A program made the translations under genes and the position numbers. Positions 19,416 to 28,233 of a stretch of 64,000 nucleotides of DNA are shown in pieces. The stretch is from NCBI GenBank assembly GCA_044229975.1, contig JBGARZ010000008.1:192001-256000 (forward strand), in the 5' to 3' direction. The notes beneath the pieces were generated by a model. That model did not search any database and was not told the origin of the DNA. It saw only the letters and a program-made list of their open reading frames with translations. This DNA is from Polyangiales bacterium. GTDB lineage: Bacteria; Myxococcota_A; Polyangia; Polyangiales; Ga0077539. Position 1 is the stretch's first letter, and every line of letters starts with the position of its first letter.

Positions 19416-20602
19416 CGGTGGGGCTGCTTCAGGGTCGGGCCGTTGAGCTCGGCGCGGAGCTGGGCGATGCGCTCGCGGAGCGGGACGATGAAGTCGAAGC
19501 TGATGGTTCGCATCTGGCCCTTCATGGCGCGCGTGGCGTGCCACTTGGAGAGCGCGAGGCGGGCGGCGGTGGCGATGAGCTCGCCGCGGAGCTTTCCCTG
19601 CGGGCCGGTGCGCGCGCGAAACTGACCGAAGGCCGAGCCGACGAGGGCGTACTCCTCGCGGGAGAGCGTTCCGATGATGACCTCGTCCTGGAGGTACTCG
19701 CGGATGATGCGACCGCGGCGCAGCGCGAGCGAAAACACGATCGCGAGGAAGGCCGCCACGAAGAGGAACCACAGCGGCAGGAGCAGCAGCACGAGCGGCA
19801 CCTGCATGGCGGTGGAGAGGACGGCGGCGCCGTTCCAGACGGCGTGGAGGAAGACCGCGGCGCCGTAGCCGAGGAGGGGGAAGAGCCAGCGGCCGCCGGT
19901 GCTGGTGCTCTCGCGCGAGAGGCCAAAACCGATGCCAGTCATCGACGTGAAGAGCGGGTGCGCCCACGGGGTCACGACGCCGCGCAGGATGAACACGCTG
20001 GTGAGATCGGTGTCGGAGTGAACGCCCGCGCGGGCGTAGTAGACGACGTTTTCGACGGCGGCGAAGCCGAGGGCGGCGAAGGTCGCGTAGATGATGCCGT
20101 CGATGACGCCGTCGAACTCGCGGCGCCAGAAATAGAACATCCCGAAGAGCGCGAGGCCCTTGAAGAACTCCTCGACGATCGGCGCGCACACCGCGGCGCC
20201 GACGGCCTCGGAGGAGAGGGCCGCGACGACGCTGTTGATGGGCGCGGAGAAGCCGCACGCGCCGAGGGCGCCCCAGGTGAAGACGAGCGAGAGGGCCCAC
20301 GCGGGCTCCGGGTCGTACCGATCGAGCAACCGCGGAATGGTCATGTAGACGAGCACCGCGGGGAAGGCGAGCGCGGCCCCGGCGGCCATGGCCGTGTACT
20401 GCGAGATGGCGTTGTTTCCGAGCAGCGGCGGCAGCAGGAAGATGATGTGCAGGAGGAGGCCCCCTGCGAGCGTGCCGAGGGTGAAGAGCACGAGGCCGAC
20501 CATGCGGCGGACACGCTCGGGATCGCGGGCGGCGGGGACGACCATCGGCGCGGACCATAGCGCAACGGGCGACGGCGCATGGCGCTGGGAGGGAGTCCAC
20601 AA
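19412..20602 (-). CDS. prsW: PrsW family intramembrane glutamic protease (start may be ATG 20545)
   Basis: APIVEEFFKG, GFAAVEN, HPLFT, HAVWN motifs; multiple TM helices. Confidence 0.92.
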   Translation of the reverse strand: MWTPSQRHAPSPVALWSAPMVVPAARDPERVRRMVGLVLFTLGTLAGGLLLHIIFLLPPLLGNNAISQYTAMAAGAALAFPAVLVYMTIPRLLDRYDPEPAWALSLVFTWGALGACGFSAPINSVVAALSSEAVGAAVCAPIVEEFFKGLALFGMFYFWRREFDGVIDGIIYATFAALGFAAVENVVYYARAGVHSDTDLTSVFILRGVVTPWAHPLFTSMTGIGFGLSRESTSTGGRWLFPLLGYGAAVFLHAVWNGAAVLSTAMQVPLVLLLLPLWFLFVAAFLAIVFSLALRRGRIIREYLQDEVIIGTLSREEYALVGSAFGQFRARTGPQGKLRGELIATAARLALSKWHATRAMKGQMRTISFDFIVPLRERIAQLRAELNGPTLKQPHR

Positions 20603-20622
20603 CGGCGTTACGGTCGCTGGCC

Positions 20623-21264
20623 ATGAGCGACCTCACCCTGTATCGCGACGACTTCTGGATCAGCCCCTATGTGTTCTCGTGCGACGTGACGCTGCGCGAG
20701 AAGGGACTCGCGTACGAGACGGTGGTGGTGGCGTTGCAGCGGGGCGAGCAGCGCGTCGAGGACTACGCGGCCCGGTCGCTGATGGGGAGGGTTCCGGCGC
20801 TGCGGCACGGGGACTTCATGCTGGCGGAGTCGAGCGCCATCATCGAGTACCTGGAGGATGCCTTCCCCAAGAGGACGCGCGTGCTGCCGACGAGCCGGAA
20901 GGAGCGGGCGCGGGCGCGGCAGGTGATGTCGTGGATTCGCAGCGACGACACGCTCCCGATCAGGATCGAGCGGTCGACGACGACGATGTTCTACGAGCGC
21001 GCGACGAAGCCCTTGAGCGACGAGGCGCAGGCGGCCGCGACGAAGCTGGTGACGGTCGCGACGCGGCTGCTGGCGCACGGCGGCGGGTACATCGGCAAGG
21101 CGTGGAGCATCGCCGACGCCGACCTGGCGTTCATGCTGCAACGGCTGGTGATCAACGGGGACGAGGTTCCGGAGGCGGTGCGGGAGTACGCCGATCGGGT
21201 GTGGCAGCGACCGACGGTGCGGGAGTTCGTCGAGCGCGAGCGGCCTCCGTACGTGCCGCACTGA
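20623..21264 (+). CDS. yfcF: Glutathione S-transferase, YfcF-like
   Basis: SPYVFS, GRVPAL, ESSAIIEYLED, ERARARQVMSWIRSD, WSIADADLAFMLQRL. Confidence 0.88.
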   Translation: MSDLTLYRDDFWISPYVFSCDVTLREKGLAYETVVVALQRGEQRVEDYAARSLMGRVPALRHGDFMLAESSAIIEYLEDAFPKRTRVLPTSRKERARARQVMSWIRSDDTLPIRIERSTTTMFYERATKPLSDEAQAAATKLVTVATRLLAHGGGYIGKAWSIADADLAFMLQRLVINGDEVPEAVREYADRVWQRPTVREFVERERPPYVPH

Positions 21265-21305
21265 CCGTTCGCGCGGGCGTCGGCGATGCGCTACGACGCG
21301 CGGCG

Positions 21306-21698
21306 ATGCCCTGGCTGCTGCTCGCCCTCGTCGGTGCCGTCGCGATCTTCGGCTGGCACCTGCTCCACGAAGACCTCTTCTGCCTCTCCGTGCGCGACAA
21401 CCGCATCCTGGTCGTTCGGGGTCGCGTGCCCGCGCGCTTCGTCTCGGACGTGCGCGACGTGCTCTCCCGCGTCCGCGTCGCGAGCGCCACCATCCGCGCG
21501 CAGCCCACCGACGGCGGAGGGAGGCTGGTGTTTTCGGGCGACCTCGACGACTTCACCCAGCAGCGGCTGCGCAACGTGTTCGGGCTCATCCCGGCGGTGC
21601 AGCTCCGCACGGCGCCGCCCATCGCCCAGCCGACGGTGGGCCAGCGCGTCGGGTTCGCCTGGCTCGCGTGGATGTTCGACCGTAGCGCGCGTCGTTAG
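21306..21698 (+). CDS. DUF3634-like small membrane protein
   Basis: N-terminal TM, RGRVPARF, RLVFSG, QQRLRNVFG. Confidence 0.65.
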   Translation: MPWLLLALVGAVAIFGWHLLHEDLFCLSVRDNRILVVRGRVPARFVSDVRDVLSRVRVASATIRAQPTDGGGRLVFSGDLDDFTQQRLRNVFGLIPAVQLRTAPPIAQPTVGQRVGFAWLAWMFDRSARR

Positions 21699-21727
21699 GG
21701 CCATCCCCTCTGAAGGTGCCCGCGGGC

Positions 21728-22822
21728 TCAGTGGTCGTCGTCGGGGAGGTTCTGCGTGTAGCGCCGGCCCTCGATCTCCAGCGTGAAGCGCGCGTCGCCC
21801 GCGGGGAGCCTGAACTCCAGCACCGCGGGGAGGCGGCCGTCGTAGCGCTTCACGAGCCCGCCGCGCGCGTCGTAGACGGCCCCGCCCGACGCGACGGTCA
21901 TGGTGCCGTCCACGAGACCCGACACGAACTCCGCCATCTGGTGCGTCTCCTCCGCGACGCGGTGGCACCACAGGTGTTCGGCACCGGGCACCTCGACGTG
22001 GGCGATCTCCTCCATCTGCTTCTCGTTGACCTCCGAGCCGACGCCCACCAGCACGAGGTGCAACGGCGGGAGCCGCCCCTTCGCGATGCGCGCGGCGATC
22101 GTCCGTGACAGCTCATGCACCTCGTCCTGGTCGCTGATCTGCCCGTCGCCGACGAACACCCCGCAGCCGACCTTCCCGCCGCGCGCGCTCTGCTGCTCGA
22201 TGTAGGCGATGAAGTCCTTGAGGGCCGGTGCGAGTCGGGTTCCGGTGCCGAAGGCTTTCGGTCCTGCCACCTGCAACGTCGCGGCGTCGACGCTCGACAG
22301 CTCGCCCACGACCTCGACCTTGCTGCCGCCTCTGCCGCAGGCCCAGTACGCGAGACGGAGCTTCCCGTTGCGATCCTTCGTGGCGAGGTACTGGAGCATG
22401 CGGCGCACCTGCGGCTCGACCTGATTGGTGCGACCGCGCCTCACCGGCGCGTGATGGTTGTCTCCGTCATGGTCGTCGTCGTCATCACCATGATCGACGT
22501 CCCCATTGCCGCCGTGGTCGTCGTCGCGAAACCACCCGAACAGTCGCGCGAGCAGGCCCTGCTTTTTCGCCGGTGCCTTCGCGGGCGCGGCGGCCGTCGC
22601 GGTCTGGACGTGCGTCGGCGGTGGCACGCGCCCATGGACATCTCCGAGCGGGAGATCGTCCTGGTACTCGTACTCCTCGGTCATGCTCCCGGATCCGTCG
22701 ACGTAGATCGCCATGTCGACGCCCTCGACGACGGGGTCGTGCAGGAGCGTGACCCTCACGACGCCGTCGTCGATGTGGATGTCTGCGAAGGGCGGGGCGA
22801 GTCGTTCGTGCGCGTGGGACAT
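21728..22822 (-). CDS. vWA domain protein (Ter-associated type) with His/Asp-rich insertion
   Basis: MIDAS DGSGSM, VFVGDG, VLVGVG, N-terminal PPFADI. Confidence 0.75.
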   Translation of the reverse strand: MSHAHERLAPPFADIHIDDGVVRVTLLHDPVVEGVDMAIYVDGSGSMTEEYEYQDDLPLGDVHGRVPPPTHVQTATAAAPAKAPAKKQGLLARLFGWFRDDDHGGNGDVDHGDDDDDHDGDNHHAPVRRGRTNQVEPQVRRMLQYLATKDRNGKLRLAYWACGRGGSKVEVVGELSSVDAATLQVAGPKAFGTGTRLAPALKDFIAYIEQQSARGGKVGCGVFVGDGQISDQDEVHELSRTIAARIAKGRLPPLHLVLVGVGSEVNEKQMEEIAHVEVPGAEHLWCHRVAEETHQMAEFVSGLVDGTMTVASGGAVYDARGGLVKRYDGRLPAVLEFRLPAGDARFTLEIEGRRYTQNLPDDDH

Positions 22823-22885
22823 CGCCGCCGAGAGTACCGACGCGTCGTCGCGCCGACCATCACCCGGCGCCACGACGGTGCGGGC

Positions 22886-23284
22886 TCAGTTGAAGTGGTG
22901 CGGCTGCGACACCGGAACGTCCTCGACGTACTCCCCCGGCACCCAGCCTGCGCCGTCGGTCTCCTGCAAGGCATCGAGCACCGCCTGGAGGTGGGCCCGC
23001 GCCTGCCGCTGGGGAATGTCCCCGGCCTCGATCTCCAGCTCCGCGAGCCGCAGCGGGGTCATCTCGCGGATGGCCCACTTCACGGTCTGGGTGTCCGCGA
23101 GGCTGAGCGTGTGGTCGATGATCTCCAGGCCCATCTTCGTGGCGACGAGCGTCACGAGGCCAGCGCTCACGGCCTCACGCGCCCACTGGTCTTCCTTCGC
23201 GTCGGGCCCGGCGAACCAGGCGATGTCGCGCGTGATGTCCTGACGGGGAGCAGACGGCGAGCCGTCGTTGGATGTGGTGGTCAT
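22886..23284 (-). CDS. Hypothetical protein
   Basis: AGGAGG RBS upstream, host-like codon usage, no recognisable motif. Confidence 0.6.
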   Translation of the reverse strand: MTTTSNDGSPSAPRQDITRDIAWFAGPDAKEDQWAREAVSAGLVTLVATKMGLEIIDHTLSLADTQTVKWAIREMTPLRLAELEIEAGDIPQRQARAHLQAVLDALQETDGAGWVPGEYVEDVPVSQPHHFN

Positions 23285-23368
23285 ACGATGAACCTCCTGT
23301 GAGACGACGAGGGCCACAGAGGACCCAACACCCCGAGCAGAGGCACCAACCGATGAGCGTCAAACAGG

Positions 23369-24175
23369 TCAGCCGAAAAGGCGCATGAGCGGGTCGTCGA
23401 CCTCGGTTCGCTGCGCGCACTCCTCGACGAGCTTCTGGAAGACCAGCGGGTGCGGCACGCGGTCGAGTCCCACGGTCCGCCACGCGACGAGCGAAGTGCC
23501 TCGCAGAAACACCACACGCCCCTGCTGGAAGCGCACCAGCTTCAGGTCGCTCCACCGCACCACCGGGCCGCCGAAGGAGACGCCCTCCTGGCTCAGTCGG
23601 ACGTGGTTGAAGGTCAGCGTCTCACCGTCGCGGAGAGCCGCGCGCGCCGCGTCGAGGTGCGTCGTCGAGCAGCGTCTCAAGATCGGGTTGGCGATGCGCT
23701 CGACGTCGGGCAGGCGCAGCGGGACCTTGTGCGCAACGCCCGCGTGATCGACCAGCCGCAGCGCGTCGATCTGCGCGATGCCGCCCAGGATGGAGGGTGG
23801 CTGTGACAGCTCGAACCACACCGTGTCGACCTCGTCGTAGGCCACCACGTCGCGCTTGCCCCACCGGGTGACCACCACCCCGTCGGCGTGCATGTCCACG
23901 TAGACCTTGCGCGCGTGGAGCGGCCCCAGCGCGCCGACCGCGAAGACCACGATCCCGGGCAGGATCCCGAGGAGCGACATCGCGCCGACCTTCGCCACGG
24001 CCACCATGGCGACGAACAAGGCCGCCACGACCACCCCCATCATCATCGCCGGCACCAGCGCGAGCGCGAGGCTCGGCGGGCGGTGCGACGAGCGCAGCGG
24101 ACCCAACGCTTCGACGGGATCACTCGCGGGCTCTGGGGCCGGGGCTTCGGGCGTGCGGTACGGCGGCGATGGCAT
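23369..24175 (-). CDS. Membrane protein with PH-like soluble domains (DUF6585-like)
   Basis: N-terminal PYR motif, two TM helices, then repeated beta-rich domains. Confidence 0.65.
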   Translation of the reverse strand: MPSPPYRTPEAPAPEPASDPVEALGPLRSSHRPPSLALALVPAMMMGVVVAALFVAMVAVAKVGAMSLLGILPGIVVFAVGALGPLHARKVYVDMHADGVVVTRWGKRDVVAYDEVDTVWFELSQPPSILGGIAQIDALRLVDHAGVAHKVPLRLPDVERIANPILRRCSTTHLDAARAALRDGETLTFNHVRLSQEGVSFGGPVVRWSDLKLVRFQQGRVVFLRGTSLVAWRTVGLDRVPHPLVFQKLVEECAQRTEVDDPLMRLFG

Positions 24176-24328
24176 CGTGTGGCGCCGATCATCGACTCCG
24201 TGAAGGCGCCGCCGCAACTTCGAGCGCTCGCCCGCGCAGACGAGCGCGACCCGCTGGGCGTCGGCATCGGCCGTTCGGGTAGACTCGCGCGCCATGCGGG
24301 GGAAGACGTTCGTGAGAGAGACTTCTTG

Positions 24329-25378
24329 ATGGCGGTCAGACGTCGCTCAGGCCCCGGTCGGAAGCGCGGCGCGTACTCGCAGGCCGAGCGCATCCTGCGA
24401 CTGCACGCGGCCCTGCTCGACGGTCGCATCGTCCGCGTCCCCGAGTTTGCCGAGGAGCTGGAGATTTCCGTTCGACAGGTGCAGCGCGACCTCGCGGTGG
24501 TGCGCGGCCACCTCGGCGACCGGCTCGCGCAGCGCGACGACGGCGCGTGGATCGTGCGGCGGGAGCTCGCGTCGGCGGCCGATCGTCGGAGCGCGCGGTC
24601 GGCGATCCTGGGCGTGGCGATCGGCGCGAAGCTGTCGTCGTCGCTGTGGGGCGAGCGGGCGGCGCGTCGGCTCCGCGCGCGGGTGGACGGGCTCATCTCG
24701 GGCCTCGGTGACTCGGACGCGTCGCGCTTCGAGGGGTGGTCCCGGCGCATCGCCGTCGTGTCGCAGGGACAGAAGAACTACGCGGGTCGCCCCGAGGTCG
24801 CGCAGCGGCTCGACCAGATGCTCGAAGCGATGATCCGTTGCAGCGTGGTGAGGCTCACGTATCTCTCGCACTCGCGGGCGATGCAGGGTCTGTCGGCGCG
24901 CGAGCTCGTCGTGAACCCGCTGGGGCTCATCCACTACCGCGACGGCGTGTACTTCGTCGTGGAGGTCACGGGTGGTGCGGATGCAGAGGAGAAGCGGGGG
25001 CGGCGCATCATGCTGGCGCTCGATCGCATCGGGGAGGTGGGCTTCGTGGGGGAGTCGTTCACGATGCCGCGGGGCTTCGACGCGCAGGCGTTTCTGGGGG
25101 AGGCGTTTGGCCTGTGGCGGGAGGGCGCGATCGAGGACGTCGAGGTCGAGGTGGACGCCGCCCACGCGCGGTGGGTGCGCGAGCGGAGCATCCACGCGTC
25201 ACAGCGCTTCGAGGAGCGCCCCGACGGGAGGCTGCGGGTGCACCTGCGCGTGGACGGACTCCACGAGGTCTCCGAGTGGGTGCTGTCGCTGGGGGACTTC
25301 GCGGAGGTCATCGGGCCGCCCGCGCTACGGGAGATGGTGGCGAAGCGCCTGCGGACGGCGGCGGCGCGGTACGAGTGA
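24329..25378 (+). CDS. wHTH-WYL-WCX transcriptional regulator (YafY/DriD/PafBC-like)
   Basis: wHTH AEELEISVRQVQRDL; WYL VNPLGLIHYRDGVYFV...LALDRI; FDAQAFLGEAFG; WCX WVLSLGDFAEVIGPPALR. Confidence 0.93.
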   Translation: MAVRRRSGPGRKRGAYSQAERILRLHAALLDGRIVRVPEFAEELEISVRQVQRDLAVVRGHLGDRLAQRDDGAWIVRRELASAADRRSARSAILGVAIGAKLSSSLWGERAARRLRARVDGLISGLGDSDASRFEGWSRRIAVVSQGQKNYAGRPEVAQRLDQMLEAMIRCSVVRLTYLSHSRAMQGLSARELVVNPLGLIHYRDGVYFVVEVTGGADAEEKRGRRIMLALDRIGEVGFVGESFTMPRGFDAQAFLGEAFGLWREGAIEDVEVEVDAAHARWVRERSIHASQRFEERPDGRLRVHLRVDGLHEVSEWVLSLGDFAEVIGPPALREMVAKRLRTAAARYE

Positions 25379-25433
25379 GGCCGCCTTCGGACCGGGTGTG
25401 GTCGCGTCCCGCGCCTGCACCACCGGGCAAGCG

Positions 25434-27358
25434 ATCGGCATAGGGGCGGCCCCTCCGTGAGGAGGAGCCGACCCCTGCCACACCACCGGACAAGCGGGTC
25501 CGCATCCGGCGGTTCGGACGGTTGAGGTCACCTCCGTAGCCTCCACAACCCGAGGCTGTCGAACCAACTGGGTCGGAGCGTGAAGCCCAGGCGGAGCGCG
25601 CGGCGCCACCAGCCACCGGCCGAGGCCACCGACTTCCAGCTTGCTTCGTCCCCTTGTCCAAGGGCGCGCAGCGACTGGTAGATCGTGATGCCTCGCTTCC
25701 AGTGCTTCAGTTGCACCATCCGAAGGCGACGGCGAATCCACTCGTCCAGCCCCTCGAAGAGCTTCGTCTGCTGCGTGAGGCGGTAGTACGCCCACCACCC
25801 ACGCAGGTACCGATTCAGCCTCTCGATCAGTTGCACCAGACTGCGACCCGCCGTCCGGCTCGTGAGCTCCCGCACACGCGCCTTGAACGCCTCTTGCGAC
25901 TTCGCCGACACCCCTCGCTTCACTTCTCCGCCGTGCGCGTAGAACTGAAAGCCCAGGAACTTCCGTCCCTTGACCGGCGCCACCGCGCTCTTGGACTCGT
26001 TGACCCGGAGGTGCAGCGACGCGAAGCGCTCCCGCAGGAATGCCATCACTCGCTCGCCCGCCCGCTCCGACCTCACGTACACGTTGAGGTCGTCGGCGTA
26101 GCGCACGAACGCGTGACCGCGCTGCTCCAACTCCTTGTCCACTTCGTCCAGAAGCACGTTCGCCAGCAGTGGTGACAGCGGGCCGCCTTGCGGCGTTCCC
26201 TCCGTCCGCGCCGTCGCGATCCCGTCGGCCATCATCCCGGCCTCCAGGTAGCGACGGATGAGCCTCAGCAGGCGCTTGTCCTCGATGCGTTTGGCCAACC
26301 GGCCCATCAGCACGTCGTGGTTCACGCGGTCGAAGAACGCTTCGAGGTCCACGTCCACCACCACCCCGCGCCCCTCCTGGACGTAGCGCTGTGCGACGAC
26401 AATCGCGTCGTGCGCGCTGCGCCCCGGGCGGAACCCGTAGCTGTGCTGTGAGAAGGTCGGATCGAATCGAGGCTGAAGCACCTGGAGGATCGCCTGTTGG
26501 AGGAGACGATCCAGGGCCGTCGGGATGCCGAGAGTCCTCGTGCCGCCCGACGCCTTGGGGATCTCGCACGATCTCACCGGCTGCGGTTGGTAGCGCCCCG
26601 CGAGGAGGTCCTCGCGCAGACGCGGCCAGTGCACACGCAGGTGGGCCGCGAGATCCTTCGTCTCCATCCCGTCCACTCCGGGGCTGCCCCGGTTGCTCTG
26701 CACCCGCTGGAGCGCCCGCAAGAGGTTGTCCCTTCCGAGGACCGCCTCCAGCAAGGCGCTGGTGCCCGAGTGCTCGTCTCCTTTCGTCGCCGTGGGGTCT
26801 TCCTCGCGGGGCTGCGCGTTGAGGGCTTCACCCTCGTCGCGCCTCCCTCGCCCCGGTGGTGTCCCGGGCATCTGAGGCGGTTCCCTTTTGAGACTCATGG
26901 TCGATGCACCCTCCCTTCCGTTTGGTCCTTTGCGCGGCCGTCGGCCCTTCGTCGTGGCGTTCCCCGTCGTGTCTCCGACGTCGTTGGCGACGTCGGCGCG
27001 GGAGCCCAGGTTTTCGGACGCGCTACTACGACCTCTGCTGACTTCCTGCGCCGCACGTTGGTGTGTGTCGCCCTTTCAGGCGTGAAGCAGGATCTCCCCG
27101 GGTAAGAAACGCTGGCTTTCACGGCGCAACCGCCCGATCTACCGCACGGTCTCTTGGTCATTGGAGCTTCGCGGCTCCTTGCCCGCTCGCCCCAGACCGC
27201 ACGGCCTCACATCGGCTTTCTGTCCGTCGGCTCGCCGTTTCGCGTCGGGCTTCCTTCAGACAGTCCGTTGCCTCGCTGCCCTTGCCTCTCGCGTGGATCG
27301 TCATGACCTACTTTCCCGGGGACTTGCACCCCGAAGCCAACGCCCATGCCGGGCGCAC
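25434..27358 (-). mobile_element. Full-length group II intron, class IIC-like
   Basis: 5' end GTGCGCCCGGCATGGGCG at 27358; domain V GAACCGCCGGATGCGGACCCGCTTGTCCGGTGGTGTG with CCG triad; domain VI ending CCTATGCCGAT at 25434. Removing it restores the flanking inverted-repeat arm. Confidence 0.93.
25528..26898 (-). CDS. ltrA: Group II intron reverse transcriptase/maturase (no endonuclease domain)
   Basis: RT0 NRGSPGVDG, IPKASGGTRTLGIPT, SYGFRPGRSAHDA, GTPQGGPLSPLLAN, YADD, domain X LNRYLRGWWAYY. Confidence 0.96.
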   Translation of the reverse strand: MSLKREPPQMPGTPPGRGRRDEGEALNAQPREEDPTATKGDEHSGTSALLEAVLGRDNLLRALQRVQSNRGSPGVDGMETKDLAAHLRVHWPRLREDLLAGRYQPQPVRSCEIPKASGGTRTLGIPTALDRLLQQAILQVLQPRFDPTFSQHSYGFRPGRSAHDAIVVAQRYVQEGRGVVVDVDLEAFFDRVNHDVLMGRLAKRIEDKRLLRLIRRYLEAGMMADGIATARTEGTPQGGPLSPLLANVLLDEVDKELEQRGHAFVRYADDLNVYVRSERAGERVMAFLRERFASLHLRVNESKSAVAPVKGRKFLGFQFYAHGGEVKRGVSAKSQEAFKARVRELTSRTAGRSLVQLIERLNRYLRGWWAYYRLTQQTKLFEGLDEWIRRRLRMVQLKHWKRGITIYQSLRALGQGDEASWKSVASAGGWWRRALRLGFTLRPSWFDSLGLWRLRR

Positions 27359-27672
27359 AAAGCGAGCGCCCCTCCGGGGCTTCCGGAAGACCACCATTGC
27401 CACCAGGCCGCAAGCGGCCAGGGCCCACGCCGCGGCGTCAGCGAGGCGCGCGACGGTCGGGTCCGCAGTCGTCGGAGACTGCCAACGTTGCCGTTGCGCG
27501 CCGCGCTGACGCCGCGGCGTGGAACCAGAACCGTGAGCCTGTCCGTAGTGGTCGATCCCTTCCGGAAGCCCCGGAGGGGCGCTCGCTTTTGCTTGCCCGG
27601 TGGTGCAGGCGCGGAACGCGACCAACCCCGGTCCGAAGCGGCCCCAGCGACCGCCTGAGTCCACCTGTTGAG

Positions 27673-27697
27673 GGGTGCGACATAGTTCGTCGCACCC
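27673..27697. promoter_or_regulatory. Palindromic operator GGGTGCGAC-N7-GTCGCACCC upstream of the VOC gene (DriD-like WYL site)
   Basis: Perfect 9-bp arms with a 7-bp spacer, 71 bp before ATG 27769. CGAC-N7-GTCG core resembles the Caulobacter DriD site. Confidence 0.7.
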
Positions 27698-27768
27698 GGC
27701 GCACATCCTTCTTCTCGTCCACCGGCGACGAGTGACGTCGCCCGTCGACCATCGAGAAGGAGCCCATC

Positions 27769-28194
27769 ATGAGCCTGAGTGTCGTGACCCATCTGAACCT
27801 GCGCGGCGATGCCCGTGCGGCGCTTGAGTTCTATCGATCCGTCTTCGGTGGTGACCTGACCATCGTCTCGTACCAGGACGCTGGAAACGTGCAGAACCCG
27901 GCCGAGGCCAACCAGGTGATGTGGGGACAGGTCGCGGCCGCCAACGGCTTCCGCGTGATGGCCTACGACGTCCCGTCGAGCCGGCCATGGAGCCGCGGGG
28001 AGGACCCCTTCTTCGTCTCGCTCCGCGGCGAGACGACCGACGAGGTCACCGCGTTCTGGGAGAAGCTCGCCGTCGGCGCGACCGTCGTGCAGCCGCTGGC
28101 CCCCGCGCAGTGGGCGCCCGTCTACGGCATGCTGAAAGACCGCTTCGGCATCACCTGGGTCGTCGACGTCGTCAGCCCGTACGCCGCGCCCTGA
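27769..28194 (+). CDS. VOC/glyoxalase family protein, PhnB-like
   Basis: HLNLRGDARAALEFYRSVFGG, QVMWGQV, WAPVYGMLKDRFGITW; AAGGAG RBS. Confidence 0.92.
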   Translation: MSLSVVTHLNLRGDARAALEFYRSVFGGDLTIVSYQDAGNVQNPAEANQVMWGQVAAANGFRVMAYDVPSSRPWSRGEDPFFVSLRGETTDEVTAFWEKLAVGATVVQPLAPAQWAPVYGMLKDRFGITWVVDVVSPYAAP

Positions 28195-28233
28195 CACACG
28201 CGAGCACGCGCGACTTCGAAGGGGAAGGGCCTC

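Larger units (their letters stand above)
25379..27643. repeat. ~340-bp nested palindromic (REP/REPIN- or MITE-like) element, left arm split by the group II intron
   Basis: 25379-25433 joined to 27359-27389 is the reverse complement of 27559-27643 (about 4 substitutions + 1 indel over ~86 bp). Inner 32-bp inverted repeat at 27425-27456 / 27491-27522. Confidence 0.9.

Noticed and set aside
25528..26898. RT as retron, DGR, CRISPR-associated or defence (DRT/Abi) reverse transcriptase
   Set aside because: It has RT0, YADD and maturase domain X and sits inside canonical group II intron ends (GTGCG ... domain V/VI ... AT). No TR/VR pair, msr/msd or cas gene was seen.
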